Shown in pieces: positions 41,242 through 49,583 of a stretch of DNA of 64,000 nt. The stretch's first letter is position 1. Every line of letters begins with the position of its first letter. A model generated the notes under the pieces. That model had not been told where the DNA came from and did no database searches. It saw only the letters and a program-made list of their open reading frames with translations. Source of the stretch: an uncultured Bacillota bacterium (GTDB lineage: Bacteria; Bacillota; DTU025; MWDF01); the NCBI GenBank assembly GCA_963823655.1, contig CAWGMK010000013.1, positions 224,001 to 288,000 on the forward strand. The letters run 5' to 3'. The translations under genes were made by a program, and so were the position numbers.

Positions 41242-42971
41242 GAATGACAGAGATGTTCGCGCCTACGCTGCGCGAAGTGCCTGCGGAGGCCGATATCGCC
41301 TCACACAAGCTGATGTTGAGGGCCGCCCTTATGAGAAAGACAATGGCAGGTGTATATACATATCTGCCGCTCGGCTGGAAGTCGATCAGGAAAGTCGAGC
41401 AGATCGTGCGCGAGGAGATGGACAGGCAGGGAGGCCAGGAGCTTTTCATGCCCGCCCTTCAGAATCCCGAACCGTGGCAGGTCACCGGAAGGTACGAAGA
41501 CTACGGCAGCGAGATGTTCAAATTCAAGGACAGGGGAGGCAGGGACGTCTGCCTCGGCCCTACACATGAGGAGAACATCACTTCGCATGTCGCGGATGAG
41601 GTGCGCTCCTACAGAGGCCTTCCCAAGCTGCTTTACCAGATACAGACCAAATTCAGGGATGAGATCAGGCCAAGGTACGGCGTAATGCGCGGCAGGGAAT
41701 TCATAATGAAGGACCTGTACAGCTTCGATGCCGGCCAAGAAGGGCTAGACAAGTCCTTCAATAAGATGTATGAGGCCTATTGCAGGGCATTTACCAGAAT
41801 GGGCCTGGAGTTTTTGGTCGTCGAGGCGGATTCGGGCGCCATCGGCGGAAAAGTATCCAAGGAATATATGGCCATCGCCGATATCGGTGAGGCCGACATC
41901 GTCGTTTGCGGTTCGTGCGGATACGGCGCAAACGTAGAGCGAGCCGAAATCAACCATGTGCCCGAGGAATGTTCGGCCGACGTTCCCGCGTACAGCAAAG
42001 TTGCCACACCTGATGCAAGGACGATAGAGCAGCTGGAGAACTTCCTTAAGATTCCTGCCTCCAGGATGATCAAGACCATGGTTTACCTGGCCGACGGCAA
42101 ACCCCTTGTGGCCCTCATCCGCGGGGACAGGGAGATGAACGAGCTCAAACTGAGGAAAGTGGCAGGTGCCAAGGAGATCGCCCTTGCCGATGAGGAGACT
42201 ATAAGACAGGTCACCGGCGCGCCGGTCGGGTTCGCAGGCCCGATAGGCATAAAATGCGACAGGGTGTTCGCAGACTTTGAGATACCTGCTATTTGTGGCG
42301 CCGTCTCCGGTGCCAACGAAAAGGACATGCACTTCATAAATGTAAAGTACGGCAGGGACTTTGCGCGCTTCCCGCTGGCAGATCTCAGAAATGCGGTCGA
42401 AGGCGACGCCTGCTGCGAGTGCAAGGCGCCCCTTATAGCAAAGAAGGGCATAGAGGTCGGACATCTCTTCAAGCTCGGGACGAAGTACAGCGTGCCTCTT
42501 GGCTGCAACTACCTTGACGACAAGGGTGAATCCCACCCTATGGTCATGGGCTGCTACGGAATCGGAATCACAAGGTGCGTAGCCGCCGTAATAGAGCAGC
42601 ACAGCGACGAGAAGGGCATAATATGGCCCATGTCGGTGGCTCCTGCTCACTGCATCATAGTCATTGTGAACACGACCGATGAAAGGCAGCGCGAAGCGGG
42701 AGAGTCGCTTTATTGCAGGATGAAGGAAGCCGGCATCGAAGTAATACTTGATGACAGGGACGAAAGACCCGGTGTGAAGTTCAACGATGCCGACCTGATA
42801 GGAATACCCATACGGATCACGATCGGCCCCAAAGCCTTGGATAAGGGTTGCTTCGAGCTTAAGGAGCGCCAGGACAAAGAGGCAAGGCTTGTCGAGACTG
42901 AAAAAGCAGTTGAAGAAGTGAAGACCCTTATAAGCAAGGGCCTAGACAAGTTGAATCCCGACAAGAGGTGA
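41238..42971 (+). CDS. proS: Proline-tRNA ligase (bacterial type with editing domain)
   Basis: GPTHEE, FRDEIRPR, REFIMKD, INS domain, GIEVGH, MGCYGIG. Confidence 0.97.
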   Translation: MRMTEMFAPTLREVPAEADIASHKLMLRAALMRKTMAGVYTYLPLGWKSIRKVEQIVREEMDRQGGQELFMPALQNPEPWQVTGRYEDYGSEMFKFKDRGGRDVCLGPTHEENITSHVADEVRSYRGLPKLLYQIQTKFRDEIRPRYGVMRGREFIMKDLYSFDAGQEGLDKSFNKMYEAYCRAFTRMGLEFLVVEADSGAIGGKVSKEYMAIADIGEADIVVCGSCGYGANVERAEINHVPEECSADVPAYSKVATPDARTIEQLENFLKIPASRMIKTMVYLADGKPLVALIRGDREMNELKLRKVAGAKEIALADEETIRQVTGAPVGFAGPIGIKCDRVFADFEIPAICGAVSGANEKDMHFINVKYGRDFARFPLADLRNAVEGDACCECKAPLIAKKGIEVGHLFKLGTKYSVPLGCNYLDDKGESHPMVMGCYGIGITRCVAAVIEQHSDEKGIIWPMSVAPAHCIIVIVNTTDERQREAGESLYCRMKEAGIEVILDDRDERPGVKFNDADLIGIPIRITIGPKALDKGCFELKERQDKEARLVETEKAVEEVKTLISKGLDKLNPDKR

Positions 42972-42975
42972 GGCT

Positions 42976-43618
42976 ATGAGAGTAGCTGCCATAGTCCCGG
43001 CGTTCAATGAGGGCCCGAGGATCGCCGCCGTAACATCTGTGCTTTCCAGGTGCGAGTTCCTTGATGAGATACTAGTGGTAGACGACGGCTCCTCCGACAA
43101 TACCGCGCAAGCAGCACGGGCGACCGGTGTTGAAGTCCTTTCCATGCCCTCTAACATGGGCAAAGGCGCAGCCGTCGCAAGAGGCATCGCGGCTACGTCC
43201 AGCGACATCGTGCTTCTGATGGACGCCGATCTGGTCGGGCCTCACCAGAAAGCATGTGGAGGATCTGCTTGATCCCGTCGCAAGAGGGGATGCGGATATG
43301 TCCATCGGCATCTTCAGAGGCGGCCGTGTCTTCACCGACCTCGCCCAGATGACGACGAGCTTCCTTTCAGGCCAGAGGGCGATTAACAGGAGCCTGCTTG
43401 AGCCCGATGAGCTTGCTGATACGAAATACGGCCTCGAGACGATACTCACACAGATAGCAAATGAGAGGTCCTTACGGGTGAAAAAGGTCTTCCTCGATGA
43501 TTTGACGCAAGTCATGAAAGAGGAGAAGATGGGGCTGGCAGAGGGCAGCAGGCTTCGTTTCAAGATGTACTGGCACGTGATAAAACAGGTTTTCAAGAGG
43601 CTGTTTCGCATTAAGTAG
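42976..43618 (+). CDS. GT2 family glycosyltransferase; +1 frameshift at ~43238
   Basis: VPAFNE, VVDDGSSD, GKGAAV, DADL, then LSGQRA and YGLE. Confidence 0.85.
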
Positions 43619-43626
43619 CTTATGGA

Positions 43627-46600
43627 GTGATTCCCTTGCAATATTGCCTTTACCCCCAGGCGGGGGCCACCGACGCTAAAACCCTAATAGAGTGCATGAC
43701 GGGCGCGCCAGCTCATGAGGAGCTGGCGCTTTGCCGCATTGACGGCATTTCGGTAAATTCCACAGACGGCGCGTGGACTATCAGGGCAGGCGGTCCCAAC
43801 ACTCTGATGGAAACCTGCGTTACCTCTCTTATAAAGGCACTTGACGCCTATTGCCCGGACGTAAGAAGCGATGTATTCTTCATGCCGCTTCAGAAGGACG
43901 AGTGGATCAAGGCTTACTGGAAGTCCATAGCCAAAGAGGCATCGGCAGTATGCAAAGTGAACTTCGGCTCACTTCTATCCTGCGAGCCCTCCTGGAAGGA
44001 TGTCGTCAGCCTCTCCGTGCCGAGTGAACCCCAGCAGGCCGCCTTTCAAAGGAAGAGCCTTGCCGGAATCATCCAGGCACTTATCGCCAAGCAGACGGGC
44101 GCAAGGCCTGAAGTAAAACTTGAGGTGCATGAGCAAAGGCGCGTCGATTACTCCGATGCGCTGCCGGTTAGCCCGGCCGAAACCGAAAAGGAGCACATTG
44201 TCAGCAGATCTTCTGCTGCCCCGCTAGTCGGCGTCAACATCAACATCAAATGTACAGCGATTGGCTTGTCGCTCGAACCTTCGGATTATGTGGCCCTCGA
44301 GGGGTTCATAGTAAAGCCCGAAACTTATACTTCAAGGCGGAACAACCCCGTTTTGACTTTCGTACTGGCCGACGATTCCGGATCCGTCCTTTGCAAGTAT
44401 TCGGCAAAGGACGGCGAAGTGCTTCCTGAGCTTGAAGGCACATACAAGGTTGCAGGCAAAATGGCTCTGGACGAGCGCAGACAGGATGCGGGGCCGGCCG
44501 AACCCATACTCATGGTCGAGGACATCGAAGAGGTCCTTGCCGAGAGTGCGGAGGTACTAAGGATGTGCCAGAGGGTTGAGCTGCATTGTCACACTAAAAT
44601 GAGCGCATTGGATTCGGTATGCGATCCGGAGCAGATCATTACCGCCGCGAAAGAAATGGGGCATAAGTCGATAGCTGTCACTGACCACGGCGTAGTCTAC
44701 GCCTTCCCGGCATTCTACCAGGCGGCAAAAAAGAGCGGAATAAAAGCGGTATTGGGCATGGAAGGCTATCTCAAACAGGGCGAAGGCGACGAGACCAGCC
44801 ATTTTACCATTCTCGTTAAGGACAAGGCGGGGCTCACCAACCTTTACAGGATGGTTTCCAGCTCGCACCTTGACCATTTCAGGCGTCATCCCTTGGTGCC
44901 AAGGAAGCTTGCCTCAGAGCTGAGGAACGGCCTTTTGTATGGATCGGCTTGCGCGGGCGGCGAAATCTTCAGGATGGCGCTGAACGGCTCGGACGACAAG
45001 CAGATAGTCGATGCAATGGGTTTCTACGACTATATAGAGATAATGCCCGCCCAGAACAGCTCCTTTCTGCTTAGGGAGGGAAGGCTCCCGGACCTGGATG
45101 CGATAAGGGATATCAACAGGCGCATTGTCGCCCTGGCCAAGGAAGCAGGCAAGCCATTCATAGCAACCGGGGATGTCCATTACATCAGGCCCGCGGATGC
45201 CGTCTACAGGCAGGTCCTGCTCGCAGGCCAGGATTTCAAGGACGTTCAGGAGCAACCCCCTTTGCATTTGCGCACTACGGAGGAGATGCTCGACGAGTTC
45301 TCATACCTCGGGCAGGAGGATTGCCTTGAGGCCGTCGTACTTGCCCCCAACCGCATAGCCGATTCCGTTGATTCTCTCAAGCCTGTCCCGGACGGGCTGT
45401 TCACCCCGGTCCTCAAAGGCGCAGAAGAGCAGGTAAGAGACAAGACTATTAGCAGGGCGGAGTCCCTCTATGGCTCGCCTTTGCCTGCGGAAGTGGATGC
45501 CAGGATCAAAAAGGAGCTTCACTCCATCATAGACAACGGATTCGCCAGCATTTACCTGGTTGCGATGAAGCTGGTCGCAAAATCCCTGGAAGACGGCTAT
45601 CTTGTGGGCTCCAGAGGCTCGGTAGGATCCTCGCTTGTGGCGACTCTTCTTGGAATAACCGAGGTCAACCCCCTTGGACCGCATTACAGGTGCGGGTCCT
45701 GCAGTTTCTCGGATTTCGGCCCATTTCAAGCAAGTCACGGCTTCGACCTTCCTGAAAGGAAATGCCCCCGCTGCGGCATGGCGCTCAAAAGGGACGGCCA
45801 TGACATACCTTTCGAAGTGTTCCTCGGTTTCGAAGGAGACAAGGTGCCTGACATTGACCTCAACTTCTCGGGCGAGTACCAGCCAAGGATCCACAAATTC
45901 AGCGAGGAGATGTTCGGCTCGGACAATGTCTTCAGGGCAGGCACCATAGGGACCATAGCCGAAAAGACGGCATACGGCTTCGTTAGGGCATATGAGGAGC
46001 ATACAGGCGAGAAGGCGTCGAGAGCGCACTCCACCAGGCTTGCGGTGGGCGCAAGCGGCGTTAGAAGGACCACCGGGCAGCACCCGGGCGGCATCATTGT
46101 GCTGCCCGAGGGCTTGGATATCCATGACTTCACGCCGGTCCAGCATCCGGCCAATTCCAAGGAGAAGGGCATCATAACGACGCATTTCGAATACACTGCA
46201 CTGCACGACAACCTGCTCAAGCTCGACCTTCTAGGGCATGACGACCCTACGATGATAAAGATGCTCGAGGATGTAACGGGGCGATCCTTCAGGGACATCC
46301 CTTACGATGATGAGGCTACCATGTCCATTTTCTCCGGCATCGAGGCCCTGGGGCTGGACGGTTCGAAGTATGGGCAGGAAGTAGGCACGATCGGCATACC
46401 CGAGTTCGGGACGAGATTCGTACGCGGCATGCTGTCGGACACAAGGCCCAGGACTTTCGACGAGCTGGTAAGGATCTCCGGGCTTTCGCATGGCACCAAC
46501 GTCTGGCTTGATAATGCGCAGGAAGTGATCAGAAACGGTGACGGCACGCTCAAAGACGTGATATCCGTCCGCGACGATATAATGAACTACCTGATATCAA

Positions 46601-47265
46601 AGGGCATGGGGCCGAAATACGCCTTCCAGATCATGGAGAAGGTGAGGAAGGGAAAAGGCCTTTCTACTGAAGACGAGAAGGCCATGAATGGCTTCGGAGT
46701 CCCTGCATGGTATTCGGATTCATGCAACAAGATCAAATACATGTTCCCCAAGGCGCATGCATGCGCATATGTAATGATGGCGTTTCGCATTGCTTACGCC
46801 AAAGTGCATATGCCCGCCGCCTTCTACAGCGCGTATCTGAGCATAAGGGCTACGGATTTCGATCCTGCATTCGCCCGCATGGGGGTAAGGGAGCTTGAGA
46901 AGCTCATGCGCTCGATAGATTCGAATAAGGCCGCGACCCAGAAGGAGAAGGACACGGTCCCCATACTTGAAGTAATTCGCGAGGCGCTGATGAGAGGCAT
47001 CTCACTAAAGCCAGTTAACCTGGCGCTTTCCGACCCTTTGAAGTTCGTGGCCGAGGCAGATGGCATAAGAGCACCCCTTCTGTCGGTGGCAAGGCTCGGT
47101 CAGAAGCCTGCCCTTGCCATATCCGAAGCCCGCAATGATGCGCCGTTCGGCTCTGTCGAGGAGCTGAGGGAAAGGGCCAAGCTCGGCAAGGCACACATCG
47201 ATGCGCTAAGGGAAGCGGGAGCTCTTGAGGGCTTACGCGAGAGCATGCATATGGAATTGTTCTAA
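43627..47265 (+). CDS. polC: DNA polymerase III PolC-type, lacking the 3'-5' exonuclease insertion
   Basis: ELHCHTKMS, GYLVGSRGSVGSS, zinc finger, KVPDIDLNFSG, RRTTGQHPGG, YMFPKAHA. Confidence 0.95.
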   Translation: MIPLQYCLYPQAGATDAKTLIECMTGAPAHEELALCRIDGISVNSTDGAWTIRAGGPNTLMETCVTSLIKALDAYCPDVRSDVFFMPLQKDEWIKAYWKSIAKEASAVCKVNFGSLLSCEPSWKDVVSLSVPSEPQQAAFQRKSLAGIIQALIAKQTGARPEVKLEVHEQRRVDYSDALPVSPAETEKEHIVSRSSAAPLVGVNINIKCTAIGLSLEPSDYVALEGFIVKPETYTSRRNNPVLTFVLADDSGSVLCKYSAKDGEVLPELEGTYKVAGKMALDERRQDAGPAEPILMVEDIEEVLAESAEVLRMCQRVELHCHTKMSALDSVCDPEQIITAAKEMGHKSIAVTDHGVVYAFPAFYQAAKKSGIKAVLGMEGYLKQGEGDETSHFTILVKDKAGLTNLYRMVSSSHLDHFRRHPLVPRKLASELRNGLLYGSACAGGEIFRMALNGSDDKQIVDAMGFYDYIEIMPAQNSSFLLREGRLPDLDAIRDINRRIVALAKEAGKPFIATGDVHYIRPADAVYRQVLLAGQDFKDVQEQPPLHLRTTEEMLDEFSYLGQEDCLEAVVLAPNRIADSVDSLKPVPDGLFTPVLKGAEEQVRDKTISRAESLYGSPLPAEVDARIKKELHSIIDNGFASIYLVAMKLVAKSLEDGYLVGSRGSVGSSLVATLLGITEVNPLGPHYRCGSCSFSDFGPFQASHGFDLPERKCPRCGMALKRDGHDIPFEVFLGFEGDKVPDIDLNFSGEYQPRIHKFSEEMFGSDNVFRAGTIGTIAEKTAYGFVRAYEEHTGEKASRAHSTRLAVGASGVRRTTGQHPGGIIVLPEGLDIHDFTPVQHPANSKEKGIITTHFEYTALHDNLLKLDLLGHDDPTMIKMLEDVTGRSFRDIPYDDEATMSIFSGIEALGLDGSKYGQEVGTIGIPEFGTRFVRGMLSDTRPRTFDELVRISGLSHGTNVWLDNAQEVIRNGDGTLKDVISVRDDIMNYLISKGMGPKYAFQIMEKVRKGKGLSTEDEKAMNGFGVPAWYSDSCNKIKYMFPKAHACAYVMMAFRIAYAKVHMPAAFYSAYLSIRATDFDPAFARMGVRELEKLMRSIDSNKAATQKEKDTVPILEVIREALMRGISLKPVNLALSDPLKFVAEADGIRAPLLSVARLGQKPALAISEARNDAPFGSVEELRERAKLGKAHIDALREAGALEGLRESMHMELF

Positions 47266-47273
47266 AGGGCGGC

Positions 47274-47302
47274 TTGCATAACTTCCATACTTGTAGTAAT
47301 AT
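47274..47302 (+). promoter_or_regulatory. Promoter of the rimP-nusA-infB operon
   Basis: TTGCAT-17 nt-TAATAT. Confidence 0.55.
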
Positions 47303-47335
47303 TTCTGTGGTAGGTCAAGCTTTTGTTGTTTTCAG

Positions 47336-47364
47336 GAGTGGGATTTTCCCACTCTTTCGTGTTT
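47336..47364 (+). promoter_or_regulatory. rimP leader hairpin (attenuator-like)
   Basis: GAGTGGGA-TTT-TCCCACTC-TTT, the hairpin conserved upstream of rimP. Confidence 0.75.
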
Positions 47365-47400
47365 AAGAGGCTGTAGAAGCCTTAGACGGGGGTTCTGGAA

Positions 47401-47860
47401 ATGGACGTCAGGGGAATAGAGTTGCAGGTGGCAAGGCTAACGGAGCCGATCGCCGAAAGTATGGGGCTCAGGTTGTTGGACGCGGAGCTTTCATACGAGA
47501 TGTCGAATTGGTATCTGCGACTATATATAGAAAAAGATGGGGGAGTGGGGATAGAGGATTGCTCGAAGCTGAGCGTCGAAGTGGACGCAAAGCTGGAGGC
47601 GGAGGATCCCATCCCGCAGGCCTATATCCTGGAGGTAACATCGTCCGGAGAGAAGCCTCTCAGATTCCCCGAGGAGTATACGAAGTTCGCAGGCAGGCAC
47701 ATCCAGGTTTCCACATACAAGCCCATTGAAGGGGCCAAGAAGCATGAGGGCTCCCTTGCTGGGGCTTATGGACGGAATAGTAAAGATTGACGTTGAGGGC
47801 AAGCAAGTTAGCATACCGCTGGAGATGGTGAGCAAAGCCAGGTTGGCTTTCAAGTATTAG
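47401..47860 (+). CDS. rimP: Ribosome maturation factor RimP; +1 frameshift at ~47761
   Basis: LRLYIEK..IEDC..YILEVTS; shifted tail ..IPLEMVSKARLAFKY*. Confidence 0.93.
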
Positions 47861-47866
47861 GGGGTC

Positions 47867-48979
47867 GTGGAGAAAATGAGCCAGCAGATTGAGGGCAAGG
47901 AGATCATTAGCGCAATAAATGAGATAGAGCGTTCCAGAGGCATTTCTAAGGACGTTCTAATTCCTGCCTTGGAGACGGCGCTCAGCGCCGCATACAGGAA
48001 GCACTACAGCGGCCTTCATGCGAATGTGAAGGTCACGATAGACTCCCAAAGCGGCGAGCTTAGGGTAGCCTCTTTGAAGTCCGTAGTCGAGGAAGTCGCG
48101 GACGCCAGATCCGAGCTCACCTTCGAACAGGCCCAGGAGTACGGCGAATTCCTGGTGGGCGAAATTGTGGAGATCCCCGTGCCGATGGATGATTTCGGCA
48201 CCGGCAGGATCGCAGCCCAGACCGCCAAACAGGTAATCGTGCAGAAGATCCGCGAGGCAGAGCGCGGCATGATATATTCCGAGTTCGCCGACAGGGAGGG
48301 CGACATAATTACGGGCATGGTCCAGCGCGTGGACCCTCGTAACGTAGTCGTGGAGATAAACCACGTAGAAGCCTTCCTTCCCTCTCACGAGCAGATACCC
48401 AACGAAAGGTATATGGTCGGCTCAAGGATCAAATGCTACGTATTCGAGGTTAAGAAGCTCCAGAGGGGCTCCACAACGATACAGCTGTCCCGCACACACC
48501 CGAACCTCCTCAGGAAGCTTCTTGAGCTCGAGGTTCCGGAGATAAAAAGCGGTCTAGTAGAGATCAAGGCCATATCCAGGGAGGCCGGTTCGAGGTCCAA
48601 GGTCGCTGTCTACTCTCACGATCCCAATGTGGATCCGGTCGGCGCATGCGTAGGGGCCAAGGGCGCCCGCATCCAGAGCATCGTAAACGAGCTGTCAAAT
48701 GAGAAGATAGACATAATACCCTGGTCCGAGAACAACGCCGAGTACGTGGCGAACGCGCTAAGCCCGGCAAGGCCGACCAAGGTAATACCCGATATTCTCA
48801 CGAAGGTTGCGACAGTTATAGTCCCGACTACGCAGCTGTCCCTTGCCATCGGCAGGGAAGGCCAGAACGCAAGGCTTGCGGCCAAGCTCACCGGCTGGAA
48901 AGTGGACATCAAGAGCGAGGCCCAGATGGAAGAGAGCGGAGACTACGGCTTCGTAGGAGCCGGCAAAGTCGATTTTTAG
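47867..48979 (+). CDS. nusA: Transcription factor NusA
   Basis: RIAAQTAKQ, LSRTHP, REAGSRSK, GACVG, LAIGREGQN; the start may be ATG 47876. Confidence 0.97.
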   Translation: MEKMSQQIEGKEIISAINEIERSRGISKDVLIPALETALSAAYRKHYSGLHANVKVTIDSQSGELRVASLKSVVEEVADARSELTFEQAQEYGEFLVGEIVEIPVPMDDFGTGRIAAQTAKQVIVQKIREAERGMIYSEFADREGDIITGMVQRVDPRNVVVEINHVEAFLPSHEQIPNERYMVGSRIKCYVFEVKKLQRGSTTIQLSRTHPNLLRKLLELEVPEIKSGLVEIKAISREAGSRSKVAVYSHDPNVDPVGACVGAKGARIQSIVNELSNEKIDIIPWSENNAEYVANALSPARPTKVIPDILTKVATVIVPTTQLSLAIGREGQNARLAAKLTGWKVDIKSEAQMEESGDYGFVGAGKVDF

Positions 48980-48985
48980 GGAGGT

Positions 48986-49273
48986 TTGCGCTTGATTAAG
49001 GCAAGGAAGCAGCCCATGAGGACGTGCCTTGGTTGCGGCGGAGTATTCCCGAAGAAAGAACTTTTAAGGGTGGTGCGTACGCCCGGCGGCCAAGTCCTGA
49101 TCGATAAATCAGGCAAGCTTGCCGGAAGAGGTGCATATATTTGCAACAGCACGGAGTGCCTTGACAAGGCCGTGAAGGCCAAGAGGTTGGGGCGCTCACT
49201 TGAGACGGAAGTGGGACCCGATGTGATAGAACAACTCAGAGGGTCATTGGAGGTGCGCATTGGATCTGACTGA
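48986..49273 (+). CDS. ylxR: YlxR/RnpM RNA-binding protein
   Basis: PMRTCLGC..KKELLRVV..GRGAYIC. Confidence 0.93.
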   Translation: MRLIKARKQPMRTCLGCGGVFPKKELLRVVRTPGGQVLIDKSGKLAGRGAYICNSTECLDKAVKAKRLGRSLETEVGPDVIEQLRGSLEVRIGSD

Positions 49274-49553
49274 AAACCTGGGCTTCATAGGCCTGGCCAG
49301 GAAGGCCGGCGCCCTGGAAATCGGGGCGGAGGCGGTCGAATGGGCGCTTTCAAAAGGAAAAGCAAAGATTTTGATACTTGCCTCAGATGCGGGCAGGAGC
49401 ACGGTGGGCAAATATACGTCCATGTGCGAGGAGAAGGGCATCCCGATTTTAAAGGCGACCGACAAGGAGTCCTTAGGAAGGATCCTTGGCAGGAGCCAGG
49501 TGGCAGTAGCAGCGGTTACAGAGAAGCATTTCGCAAAAAGGATGCTCAGTTGA
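49260..49553 (+). CDS. ylxQ: L7Ae-family protein YlxQ
   Basis: IGLARKAG..LILASDA..LGRILGR; synteny. Confidence 0.88.
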   Translation: MDLTENLGFIGLARKAGALEIGAEAVEWALSKGKAKILILASDAGRSTVGKYTSMCEEKGIPILKATDKESLGRILGRSQVAVAAVTEKHFAKRMLS

Positions 49554-49583
49554 TTTTCGGATTTCTCTTGGAGGTGCAGATAT

